From: Octopus bimaculoides
Taxonomy: Eukaryota
Assembly: GCF_001194135.2 (NCBI RefSeq)
Contig: NC_069008.1
Span: 11,720,221-11,784,220, forward strand
Reading direction: 5' to 3'
DNA length: 64,000 nt
The position numbers and the translations under genes were made by a program. This document shows, piece after piece, positions 12,925 through 24,167 of this stretch. A model generated the notes under the pieces. It saw only the letters and a program-made list of their open reading frames with translations, was not told where the DNA came from and did no database searches. The first letter of the stretch is position 1. Every line of letters starts with the position of its first letter.

Positions 12925-13405
12925 TTTTACTTGTTTCAGTCATTTGACTGCAGCCATGCTGGAGCACCGCCTTTATAGTCGAGCAAATCGACCCCAGGAC
13001 TTATTCTTTGCAAGCCTAGTACTTATTCTATCGGTTAATTTTGCCGAACTGCTAAGTTACGAGGACGTAAACACACCAGCATCGGTGGTCAAGCGATGCT
13101 GGGGGGGACAAACACAGACACACAAACATATACACACATATTCCATATTCTATATTCCACATAAATTTTACAAGAATATAAATAAAAAAAAAGACAGAGT
13201 TGGAACTCTTTTAAATAAAATAATATATATATATATATATATACGACGGAATTCTTTCAGTTTCTGTCTACCAAATCCACTCACAAGGCTTTGGTTGGTC
13301 CGAGGCTATAGTAGAAGACACTTGCCCAAGGCGCCACTCAGTGGGACTGAACCCAGAACCATGTGGTTGGTAAGCAAGCTACTTACCACACAGCCACTCC
13401 TGCAT
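12925..13405 (-). mobile_element. tRNA-derived SINE family B, near full length (other copies at 11428-11560, 21655-22010, 24040-24150, 46945-47170, 56105-56280, 60335-60810 on -; 34945-35335, 45780-45995 on +)
   Basis: CAGTCATTTGACTGCAGCCATGCTGGAGCACCGCC...GTAAGCAAGCTACTTACCACACAGCCACTCCTGC. The minus strand begins with a tRNA-like head. Confidence 0.85.
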
Positions 13406-14185
13406 ATATATGTGTGTGTGTGTGTATATATGTATATAGATGTATGTATATAATATATATATATGTGTGTATATATGTATTTTCTTGAAAGTTAAGACGA
13501 ATTGAAGTGGACTCCGGTGAATTTTCCGAAATTCCCAAAAATTAAGCCGTATCCTAATATGCCACATTTTATGCACTTTAGAAATAATTCCTGAAGGACA
13601 AGGGGATTTCAGTCTTCATATTCTTAACGGCTGCCAAGACGAATGGTTGGACCCTCACTTATGTTCACACTAGGACAGCTCTCCCACATTTAGTAGCCTT
13701 TCATATTTGCAAGCCGTTCATTTTCATTTTTAGATAGCGGGATGAGGTGACGAGGGGGTGTATGAATCAATTTTGGAGTTTCCTTACCGAAATTTGAAAT
13801 TAATTACTTTCTTTTTTCCATATTCTTAATCTCCATATTTTTCTACGTTGATTGAAAAAAAAAATTCGAAAAAAAGTTAAAATTCGGAGTGAGGAAAGGG
13901 AGAATTGAAAATTTTGAAACATGGTTTTTGACATATTCAGAATCTCCGTCATCGAAAACATAGCAACCAGCTAAAAAATTAAAAAAAAAAAAAAGGTCGA
14001 TTTTATTCGTTTCCGAGTCAAGTTGTAAACATTAACCTAAATTTATAATTGTATACATTCTCGTGTGCAGAAAACACATTCGCAAATATGTTTGTAATTT
14101 CCGAAAAATAAAAAAGTTATGAAGAATTTGTTATATGGGTTGCCTAAAGAAGAATTCCACCGATTCTTCCAGATAATCTGAATTT

Positions 14186-14298
14186 GAAAGAGGAAGTGAC
14201 GTTCCTTGATAGAAACGGAAGTAGCGCATAGAACACAAAACGAAACGTTTGTTCGTGGCCGCCCTGTCATAACAAGAAGTGGAATGTCGTTATCTAAG
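14186..14298 (+). promoter_or_regulatory. Putative ZNF1 promoter and non-coding exon 1
   Basis: GAAAGAGGAAGTGACGT (14186-14202; ETS site overlapping a CRE half-site), a 12-nt spacer, then ACGGAAG (14215-14221). The same motif and spacing occur upstream of ZNF2. Donor-like CTAAG|GTAAAT at 14298/14299. Confidence 0.6.
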
Positions 14299-14755
14299 GT
14301 AAATGTCACATTATTTTGTTCACTTATCTTCACCATAAGCTATTCTGGTGGATAACAAGAGGTTAGAGAAGATAAGAATCATTAGCGGAATAAGTTTGTT
14401 TAGTGGCGAGGTAAATGCGATTTTGTGGTTGGTGGCGAAACAAGGAAGTGCAAGATTTAGGGTTATGATATTGTATCTTGGGGAAATGAGTTGGCTTTGT
14501 ATTTAGAAATGACTAAGACCAGTTAGATGAAGCCAAACTAGAAACCAGGATGAAATAGGCTTTCGTTTAAGTTGTGGTTTAGATCAAGCTATGAGAGGAG
14601 ATGGACCTAGCCAAGTTGAGCAGGAAAAATAACGAAACTAGAGTTCAGAATATCTTACTACTCGTGTCCAATTATGGGGATTTTAGCGACAAGGAATAGT
14701 ATGTTCACTGGGGAGCAAAACACAACATACAGTCATGATCTTTCGATTCCCCTAC

Positions 14756-15291
14756 ATGAAAAGTGAAAGTCTTTCTTCGACAATTTCCGTAAAATTTTTT
14801 TTTTTTTTTGCAGCTGAATCGCTTAGGTTTATGTATATTTGTGTAAGTTCTGTATGCGTGTTTGTTCTTGTCTCTGTGCGTGCGTGCGTGCTTGTCTATG
14901 TATCTGTGTGTGTTCTGTTTTTATGTATTTACGTGTTGTGGAATATAGATATAACGAAATTATGCCAGCAAAAAGCTTTGCATATTTGTTCTTACCTGCT
15001 TCGTGTGTGTATGTAAAATACGCACACACACAACCCATTAGCTTTCTTCTCCTCCTCCCATTTTATCAGCTGTCACGAAGATATCCGAAGTAAATTGTCA
15101 AGTTGTCACGGAAACAAGCGACTTTTTGTTTTGGTTTCGTCGAATCAAAACGAAGGAACGCCGTTCTGTATGTATATTTGTGTACACAACTATATATACA
15201 CATAAAAAGTACATAAACACAAGCGATTCAAAAAATAAAAGAATTTAAAAAATTTTACGGAAATTGCCGAAGAAAGACTTCCACTTTTCAT
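14756..15291. mobile_element. MITE with ~45-bp imperfect terminal inverted repeats
   Basis: ATGAAAAGTGAAAGTCTTTCTTCGACAATTTCCGTAAAATTTTTT versus AAAAATTTTACGGAAATTGCCGAAGAAAGACTTCCACTTTTCAT. Confidence 0.7.
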
Positions 15292-17376
15292 TTATGGTTA
15301 TTAAAAAAATGGCCTGAAAATAAATATTTATAAATAATTCAATGGACGTGGAATTTAATTTTTTTTTTTTTTTTTTTATCCGCTGAAAAATTTAAGGTCT
15401 TAAGTTTTCAGCAACGGAGATTGTGATTTCTGCCCCTCGTCACCATCTTTTCGAAATATTACTTAACCCCACTCCGGTTTTATATTTTTTAGTGTTTTTT
15501 TTTCTTCAAAATTTTGTTGTCTCGAGATGGTAGAAACAACACACTCCTGACGTCTTATAAAATGAAGGAAGACATTGGACAATATAAAGATATTTTCACT
15601 TTGATACACTTAAAAATTTATTGAGTACTACACAAATATGGTCTTTAGGAGTGCTAGAAATAGCTAGCAAATCGTATCTTTTCTGGCTCACACTTTTCAA
15701 TTCTTTCAATTTTGTTTCAGTTGATTTTAAACTTGGGCTATTGATATAGTTTTGTATACTATTTATGGAAATGTAATTCATTTTTGCCGTCAGTTAATAA
15801 ATAATATATTTAATGGCTTTTAAATTTTGCAAATTTTGGCCAATTCTAGCCAATCAAAAGCCACGGACATATTGCTCCTTTTTTATTTTTTATTTTATTT
15901 TTTTTTTTTTTTTGAGAAACTGATATTTTCGATTGCAGTTCTGTCATTACCTCGTTTTCATAATTTTGAACAACCAAGCAAAAGTGATCAACGTTTCTGG
16001 AGGTAGAAGGATGTTAAACTACACAGAAGTTTGACCCTTCAGTATTCAGAGTATCATGAAGGCGCGTGGCTTGTTGGTTAGGGTATTGACTCGAGATCGT
16101 TAGGTCATGAGTTCAATTCCCAGCAACACGTTGTGTCCTTGAGCAAGATACTTTATTTCACATTGCTCCAGTCCACTCAGCTGGCGAAAATGAGTAGTAC
16201 CTGTATTTAAAGGGCCACCCTTGTCATGCTGAAATCTCCCTGAGAATTACTTCAAGGGTACATGTGTCTGTGGTGTACTCAGCCACCTGCATGTTAATTT
16301 CACGGGTAGGCTGTTCTGTTGGTCGGATCAACTGGAACTTCGTTGTCGTAAGTGTTGGAGTGCCAGTAAAAAAAAGAAGAAAAAAAAAAAGAAAATTCAG
16401 TTTATCAAATGTAATGCTTGTTTATTCAGTGTTTCAGATTAATTATGCATTGTCTCATAGCGCCAAGATTTCAATGATCTGATTATTTTTAGAATGACTG
16501 TAGGGTAGGTGTGAGAGGCCAGATATGGCCAGTTTATATTCTAATGGATTAATATATAGAAAGTTACACAATATGAGAAGGCGCATGGCTCAGTGGTTAG
16601 AGCATCAGGCCCACAATCATGAGGTAGTGAGTTCAATTCCTGGACCAAGTTGTGTGTTGTGTTCTTGAGCAAGACACTTTATTTCACATTGCTGCAGTTC
16701 ACTCAGCTGTAGAAATGAGTTGCAATGTCACTGGTGTCAAGCTGTATCGGCCTTTGCCTTTCCTTTGGATAACATCAGTAACAAGGAGGGGTTGGTATGC
16801 ATGGGCAACTACTGGTCTTTCATAAACAACTTTGCCCAGACTTGTGTCTTGGAGGGGAACTTTTTAGGTGCAATCCCATGGCCCTTCATAACTGAAGGGG
16901 TTTTTTACCCTTTATACAATATAAAGATGCAACTCAAGTTTATAAACATGTCAACTTCAGATAAGGTTATATGGTGCCAACAAATTATAAAGAAAATGTT
17001 ATTACAAAGAAGTTGTGAAACTTTGACTGTTCGATCTCAAAAATGTTAAGTATTCTTAATAATCTATACTGTTCCTTTTTTTTTTTTTTTTTTTTTTTTT
17101 TCAGATTACCAGGAGACATTGGCATTAAAGAATACAGAACAGATATAACCCTGTTTACATAAACATATGGTAGAATCAATGAGACTTTTAACAAAATTTC
17201 TTGACTTCATTGTCTGGAATGTGTTTGAGATGATTATGAATTTTTATTGACCTTGGATTACTGAAGAGTTAACAGCATCTTCTGATATTGGTTAAGACTA
17301 CAGTTTATGGAAATGTTACCTAATTATTCATTAGGAAAAAATATAAGATCAAAACAGATATAACCATTCGTATATT

Positions 17377-18420
17377 ATGGAGAGTGAAAAAAAAATGGTG
17401 GAAAGTGAATTGTATGAGGACCGTGTTAAATGTGAATCACAGTCTAAAATGACTGACTTTACTGAAGAGATTCCAACTAATATAGGTAAAAGATTACACT
17501 ACTGCGATATCTGTAAAAAGCCATTCTCTCAAACGGGTGCCCTTAATGTACACAGACGTATTCATACAGGAGAGAAGCCATTTCGCTGTGATATCTGTGG
17601 AAAAACTTTCTGTCAGAAGAGTAGTTTAAGTGTTCATGAGCGCATTCATACGGGAGAGAAGCCATATCGCTGTGATATCTGTGGTAAAACATTCTCTCAG
17701 GTTGGACCCTTAATTACTCACAAACGCATTCATACAGGAGAGAAACCATATAACTGTGATACGTGTGGTAAATCATTCTCTGCAACTGGTCCGTTATCTA
17801 AACATAAACGCACACATACAGGAGAGAAGCCATATCGTTGTATTATCTGTGGTAAATCATTCCCTCAAATTGCTCAGTTGACTAAACACAAGCGTATTCA
17901 TACAGGAGAGAAGCCATATCACTGTGACATCTGTGGTAAATCATTCTCTGAATCTAGTCCTTTAACTAAACACAAACGCACGCATACAGGAGACAAACCA
18001 TATCACTGTGATATTTGTGGTAAAGCATTCTCACATAATAATTTAGCAAAGCACAAATACATTCATACAGGAGAAAAACCATTTCGCTGCGATATCTGTG
18101 GTAAATCATTCTCTCAGAATGAAATATTAACTAGACACAAATACATTCACACAGGAGGGAAGCCACATAACTGTGATATTTGTGGTAAGTCATTCCCTGA
18201 AGCTGGTCGCTTAACCAGACACAAACGCATTCATACAGGAGAGAAGCCATATCGCTGCGAAATCTGTGGTAAATCATTCTCTGTATGTAGTAACTTAACT
18301 ACACACAAACGCAGCCATACAGGAGAGAAACCATATCCTTGTGATATATGTGGTAAATCATTCTCTGTAAGCAGTTACTTACCTATACACAGACTTACTC
18401 ATACAAGAGAGAAGCTATAA
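17377..18420 (+). CDS. C2H2 zinc-finger protein ZNF1 (347 aa, 11 fingers), single coding exon
   Basis: Intact ORF with 11 CxxC-x12-HxxxH repeats (finger 7 is one residue short) and TGEKP linkers. Strong acceptor (poly-T + CAG) at 17104 upstream. Confidence 0.95.
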   Translation: MESEKKMVESELYEDRVKCESQSKMTDFTEEIPTNIGKRLHYCDICKKPFSQTGALNVHRRIHTGEKPFRCDICGKTFCQKSSLSVHERIHTGEKPYRCDICGKTFSQVGPLITHKRIHTGEKPYNCDTCGKSFSATGPLSKHKRTHTGEKPYRCIICGKSFPQIAQLTKHKRIHTGEKPYHCDICGKSFSESSPLTKHKRTHTGDKPYHCDICGKAFSHNNLAKHKYIHTGEKPFRCDICGKSFSQNEILTRHKYIHTGGKPHNCDICGKSFPEAGRLTRHKRIHTGEKPYRCEICGKSFSVCSNLTTHKRSHTGEKPYPCDICGKSFSVSSYLPIHRLTHTREKL

Positions 18421-18995
18421 CATTGCAATATCTGTTGTAAATCCTCCTATTGAAATGATTGCCTACCTACTACCAAACACATTCATACATAGAAAGACGC
18501 CATATCATTGATATTTGTGGTGAATCATTCTCTCAAGTTGATTATTTAATTGAACACAAGCACATTCATACAGAATTTGGGATATCTGTGGTACATTATT
18601 CCCTGTAAGTAATAACTACTCACACACACACAAATGTATTCATACTGGAGAGAAAACGTATTACTATGGTATCTTTGATAAATCCTGCTCTAATGCAAGT
18701 ACCATGACTATATACAAACACATTCATAGAGGCAAGGGCGTAGCTAGGGTAAACGGCACCCAGGACAATCATTAAAATTGTGTGTCACCCCACCCCAACA
18801 AAAATGTGGAAACTCGCATAGAAAAAGTGAATAACTGGTTTTAAAAACTGTGGCACTCAGGGTATATGCCTTGCTTGCTCCACCCCTGCATAGAGGTTGT
18901 AATCTTTATCATTGCAATATTTGCAGTAACTCATTCATTGATTCAAGTACCTCAAGTGGACACAAATGCATTCATTCAGTGAAGAAACCATATCA
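18421..18995 (+). pseudogene. Decayed zinc-finger repeats in the ZNF1 3' region
   Basis: After the TAA: HCNICCKSSY*..HIHT, further broken fingers, and a near-intact NLYHCNICSNSFIDSSTSSGHKCIHSVKKPYH at 18901-18995. Confidence 0.85.
18733..18888. mobile_element. Short hAT-like MITE with 8-bp TSD
   Basis: Flanked by CATAGAGG (18725-18732 and 18889-18896). Imperfect TIRs CAAGGGCGTAGCTAG / rc CAGGGGTGGAGCAAG. Confidence 0.75.
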
Positions 18996-19303
18996 TATAT
19001 ATGTATATATATATATATAATAAGGGTTTTTTTTTTAATAAGCATAATTAAAATGGATTAAATAAAAAAGTGAAATAAGGTATAAATTAATTGGTTAATA
19101 GATATAATTTTATAAATAAGAATGCATTTCTTGAATATTGCCCTATTGTATTTGTCTTATTATAATATATAAAATATATACAACACAGATTTTGATGACA
19201 GAATGCAACTACCATATAGTAAGTAAATTGAATCCATCACGGTCATGTGATACACAGTAAACAATATCCAGGATTAACAGTAATAGTTAAATTTGATATA
19301 TTA

Positions 19304-19495
19304 ATTAGATTGGTGCATAATTATTGCGACTTTTTTTTCAATAGATTTTATTCAACAAAAACAATAACATTTAATAAAAATATCTTTAAATGCTTATTCC
19401 GGAGCATATTCACCATCTACTTCAATTTCTGTGCGGCGTTTTGTTTGAATAAAATTTATTAAAAAAGAGCTGCAATAATTATGCACCAACCTAAT
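19304..19495. mobile_element. Mariner-type MITE
   Basis: 24-bp TIRs ATTAGATTGGTGCATAATTATTGC / GCAATAATTATGCACCAACCTAAT (one mismatch), with TA on the left. Confidence 0.85.
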
Positions 19496-19496
19496 G

Positions 19497-20953
19497 TATA
19501 TATATATATTATAAAATTCACTGTCTGTGTGTGTATATTTCCTCTATGCACAGCCAAACTGCTGGATCAGTCTGTACTAAATTTAACATGAAGGCTTTTC
19601 ATTGCTCAGTGGGGCTGAGCACCCCACTTATATCACCTTTTTTTTTCAGCGGTATGATAGTTTCACTTTTGACTTCAATTTTTGGTTTTTCAGCGGTATG
19701 ATAGTTTCACTTTTGACTTCAATTTTTGGTTTTTCAGCGGTATGATAGTTTCANNNNNNNNNNTTTTGGTTTTTCAGCGGTATGATAGTTTCACTTTTGA
19801 CTTCAATTTTTGGTTTTTCAGCGGTATGATAGTTTCACTTTTGACTTCAATTTTTGGTTTTTCAGCGGTATGATATTGTTTCACTTTTATTTTACTTTTG
19901 ATAAGACTATGATATTGTTTATACTACATACATACAACTGTTTACGAAAATAGAGATTAATGTATAATTTTTTGTTTACAATATTGAAAAATGCCACCAA
20001 AGAAAAGATGTAATCTCTCCAGAATCAACTATAAAGCAAGGGGGATTGTAGAAAACTGAAGGCGAGAGCCTCAAGAGAGAAAGGAGATGAGACTTTCTCA
20101 AGATCAGCAAAGGCATGCTGCAGCACATTAAAGGAAGTCTCAATACAGAAGGGAGATGAGACTTTCCCAAGATCAGGAAATGCATGCTGCGGCATGTCAA
20201 ATGGAGTCTTAAGACAGAGGCAAGATGACACTCAGCAAAGGCATGCTGCAGCATGTCAGTTGGAGTCTCAATTCAGAAGGGAAATGAGACTTTCCCAAAA
20301 TTTTCAAATGAAACCAATGGCATGTGCTGCTCAGGTGGTAAGGTAAGATTATCAGCACTACCAGCTCCTCCTCAACCTCTTATAGATCATCTGAAAAGCA
20401 CTTCCATCCAGTCAAAGGATTTTCTGAACAATATTAGACAATACAACTCTGCATTTCAAATGACATTGTTTAGTACATCTAAGGAGATAGTTGAATATGG
20501 ATTTACGCCAATGTTCAAAGTTCAAGGGTAGGTCTAATACCTCATTGCTTCCCTGTTACCCACAAATGAACAACTACACTTCCTCCAAATTTACTTTGTC
20601 CGTGATGTAGGACAACAAATCCACAGGAGATGTCAAAACATCGGACAATAGGTCGTGTTAGACACAGCACAGACTGCCGCAAGGGAGAGTGTACCCACTG
20701 ACAGATTTTAGGTGTGTTCAGAAATCACATACCCCACCACCACCACCACCACCAAATTTTCATGACAGGTTAGGGCCTGGAATACGCCAAACAGAAGCAT
20801 GACATGTTGCTTAGTTGAATTAGCCCATCATTTACTCCACAAATGTTTTGTTGTCAATGCTGCACTTTTCTGTATCACCTGTTTCAACATAACTGTAATA
20901 TATATACAAACTATGCCATTTTAATCCTGAGCAATGCTGGGTATCTCTGCTAG
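19497..20953 (+). mobile_element. Internally deleted (non-autonomous) Helitron
   Basis: 5' TATATATATTATAAAATTC..CTGTCTGTGTGTG. N-terminal Rep region CCSGGKVRLSALPAPPQPL..FLNNIRQYNSAFQMT..FKVQG. 3' end CCTGAGCAATGCTGGG hairpin, then TATCTCTG, then CTAG followed by T. Confidence 0.8.
19647..19880. repeat. 44-bp minisatellite inside the Helitron (interrupted by a 10-N gap)
   Basis: Unit CAGCGGTATGATAGTTTCACTTTTGACTTCAATTTTTGGTTTTT, starting at 19647, 19691, 19735, 19775, 19819 and 19863. Confidence 0.95.
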
Positions 20954-21615
20954 TTAATAAATTAGTGATTAAATACTGACACCAGAAATTATGACTTAGT
21001 AACTTAAAAAATAAATTTTAATTAGCTAATATAAGCTATACTAGCGTTTCATACTCTCACAATTAATAATGGAAATTTAGGCAATAAATTTGCTTACCGT
21101 TAATTTTATCAGAAAGTATTCTATTATGTATGCAAATCTAACAGTTCCTTTCGATTTCAAGTATGTTGACATGCACACATAAAAAGAAGAAAAAATTGAA
21201 TATATACATGTAATGGTTTTTTTTAAATATCATTAACACGTGCATGCACACATAAATAAACATGTTGAGCCTATTAATGATCACTCAATCAATTAAGATG
21301 TAATTCCTTCATGTCAGTTTCTCAAAAACTAACATCTGTTTAATATTTCGCCAATACATGGGATTAAACCAGGGTAACTTAGCTGTTAAGATACCTTAAA
21401 GAGTTATGTATATCCTCACAATAACAAATAGATTATATATATATTTCAGGTGTTGAGGCAAGGTCTTGAATCAAAGGGCCGTAAAGTTAATCTAGCAACA
21501 ACCAAAATTTTAGTAAGAAGGGGAGCAGACAAATCACAAATCTCTTCAGGCAGATGTATTAAGAAACTATATAATTAATAGACACATTAAGTTGGGGCAC
21601 TAATTTTGGCCCACC

Positions 21616-21652
<37 letters not shown>

Positions 21653-22104
21653 CTCTTTACTCTTTTGTTTCAGTCATTTGACTGCGGCCATGCTGGAGCA
21701 CCGCCTTTAGTCGAGCAAATCGACCCCAGGACTTATTCTTTGGAAACCTAGTACTTTTTCTATTGGTCTCTTTTACCGAACTGCTAAGTTACGGGGACAT
21801 AAACACACCAGCGTCAGTTGTCAAGCGATGTTGGATGGGACAAACAGACACACAAACATACATATATATACATATACGACGGACTTCTTTCAGTTTCCGT
21901 CTACCAAATACACTCACAAGGCTTTGGTCGGCCCGAAGCTATAGTAGAAGACACTTGCCCGACCATGTGGTTGGTAAGCAAGCTACTTACCACACAGCCA
22001 CTCCTGCGCCCATATATATATATATACACACACATACACAATAAGCAAAGTAGCTAGTTAAAAAATTTCAATAATAGTTGAAAGTAGTAAATACAGTGAG
22101 AAGT

Positions 22105-22657
22105 AATGTTTATCACCCATCGATATGGCTATTTGATGTTACTATTATTTAACCCTAGGCAGAGCCTCCACCAGCTGGTTATTGGTGCAATCTGCACCCT
22201 GTATATATTAAAAGCAGGAAAGCAAACCTCTACCATTGTCTAGTGGATGACAGGATCACCTGACTGAACAGTTATCAGGCTATTTCTGTCTATCTTCAGT
22301 GGTGAACACCCGAATGCTAGAGATAGCAGGAATTTGCTCCTGCTCACAATACATAGAAAACGAAGTAACAATCACTGATCTTGCAATGTGGTAAACATTA
22401 CAAGACCAGTGACTGATTGTCACTTAGTTTTCTACATATTGCAAGCTGGAGCAAATTCCTGCTATCTCTAGTGGTCAAGTGTTCACTGAAGACAGGCAAA
22501 AATAGTCCAAAACCGTTCAGTTTCATATGTTAGATGGTAGGCGTTCACTCCCCTGCTTGCAATATATATTGGGTACAGTTTGCACTGGTAATTCTGCCTG
22601 CCTGGGACTAAACGGTAGTAACGTCAAAACAACCATATTGATGTGGCGATAAACATT
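22105..22657. repeat. ~550-bp imperfect fold-back palindrome (MITE-like)
   Basis: Perfect arms CTAGAGATAGCAGGAATTTGCTCC / GGAGCAAATTCCTGCTATCTCTAG. Pairing continues out to AATGTTTATC / GATAAACATT. Centre ~22392. Confidence 0.85.
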
Positions 22658-22704
22658 AACTCTATACACACATGTACTTATATTCTTTGTATTTTTTTTA
22701 TCTC

Positions 22705-23290
22705 CTTTACATCATCGTTTACGTCCGCTTTCCATGCTAACATGGGTTGGACGATTTGACTGAGGACTGGTGAACCAGATGGCTACACCAGGCTCCAATC
22801 TGATTTGGCAGAGTTTCTACAGCTGGATGCCCTTCCTAATGCCAACCACTCCGAGAGTGTAGTGGGTGCTTTTACGTGCCACCGGCACGAAGGCCAGTCA
22901 GGCGGTACTGGCAATGGCCACGCACAAAATGGTGTATTTTATGTGCCACCTGCACAGGNNNNNNNNNNCATGCTAACATGGGTTGGACGATTTGACTGAG
23001 GACTGGTGAACCAGATGGCTACACCAGGCTCCAATCTGATTTGGCAGAGTTTCTACAGCTGGATGCCCTTCCTAATGCCAACCACTCCGAGAGTGTAGTG
23101 GGTGCTTTTACGTGCCACCGGCACGAAGGCCAGTCAGGCGGTACTGGCAATGGCCACGCACAAAATGGTGTATTTTATGTGCCACCTGCACAGGAGCCAG
23201 TCCAGTGGCACTGGCAACAATCTCGCTCGAATGTCTTTACACGTGCCACCAGCACAAGCGCCAGGAAGGTGATGCTGGGCACACAGAGAA
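22705..23290 (-). mobile_element. RTE-derived non-autonomous repeat, family D (others at 33900-34205 +, 47170-47550 -, 54048-54370 -, 55465-55640 -, 56282-56565 +, 59625-59912 +)
   Basis: (CAT)n tail followed by CGTTTACGTCCGCTTTCCATGCTAACATGGGTTGGACG..CAGCTGGATGCCCTTCCTAATGCCAACC. The same 3' end is found on the RT-bearing copies at 40860 and 60825. Confidence 0.8.
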
Positions 23291-24167
23291 CGAAATCTCT
23301 AAATTCAAAACCTGTAGATTTTAGAGCATTGGTCTTTTCATTTTAAACGTTACACTGAAAATTGTTGATCAAAAAAAAGTGGAGTTGGTGCTTTACAAGC
23401 TGCCATCACATAAAATATTCTATTGGCACAAGTACTTCTCTTTCACTTGCTAGGTTTATAACATCACCAAGTGGTTGGTGTTCCCTTATAAAGAGCAAAA
23501 ACTTAATGTAAATGGCAAAAGGGCTTAGGATCCAAAAGTGATCAGGCCTAGCCCAGTGACACAACCTGCCACAGGCTGGGCCCAGCGAGTGTCCAACCTG
23601 TCACAGGCCTGACCTAGCAAGTGTCCCAACCTCCCCAGCAAGTGTAACACCCTGTCACAAGTCGAGACCAGTAAGTGACCCAGTTGTCACCTCACTACTG
23701 TAGCAAATGTAAAATACAAAAACCTAAAATCTATCATACAAAATAATTTGAGAACAATGAAAGATAATTGGTGATACAAAAATGGTGTGCTGCAAACACA
23801 GCAGCCAGTAGCAAAGACTCTATAAGGTTATACACTTTTATAAAGGAGATCTTTGGACTGGAATCACCAAAAATTGCACTTGTGTGCTCAAGAGAAGGTT
23901 CAACACTTTATATAAAGATAACGTGTCTACTCAAAAATGCTTTGGTGGAGCTTTACTCAGAACTTCTCAATATGCCTTCTGAAGTCAACATATATTTAAT
24001 CAATTCTATTGAACAGAACAGAACATCAAGATTGTAAGTCTTTATTCTTCTGTTTCACTCATTTGACTTATTCTTTGTAAGCCTTGTACTTATTCTATTG
24101 GTCTCTTTTGCCAAACTCATAAGTTATGGGGATGCAAACACACCACTTGAGGTGAGACATATTTGCC

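Noticed and set aside
12836-13453. 205-aa ORF
   Set aside because: It is translated SINE B plus (TA)n sequence, with no coding signature.
13746-15444. Inverted GGTGACGAGGGG segments bracketing the ZNF1 promoter
   Set aside because: Only ~12 bp match and the flanks do not align, which is too little to call a large TIR element.
18418-18455. Possible A-to-I stop-codon recoding that would reactivate the dead finger tails
   Set aside because: Read-through meets another in-frame stop after 10 codons in ZNF1 and after 14 codons in ZNF2, and no complete finger is restored.
22729-23190. Near-identical ~230-bp duplication either side of a 10-N gap
   Set aside because: The duplication abuts a scaffold gap inside a high-copy repeat, which is typical of contig-overlap artefacts.
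23768-24037. 89-aa ORF that might be a transposase remnant
   Set aside because: I could not recognise any family motif; it needs a tBLASTn/HHpred search.
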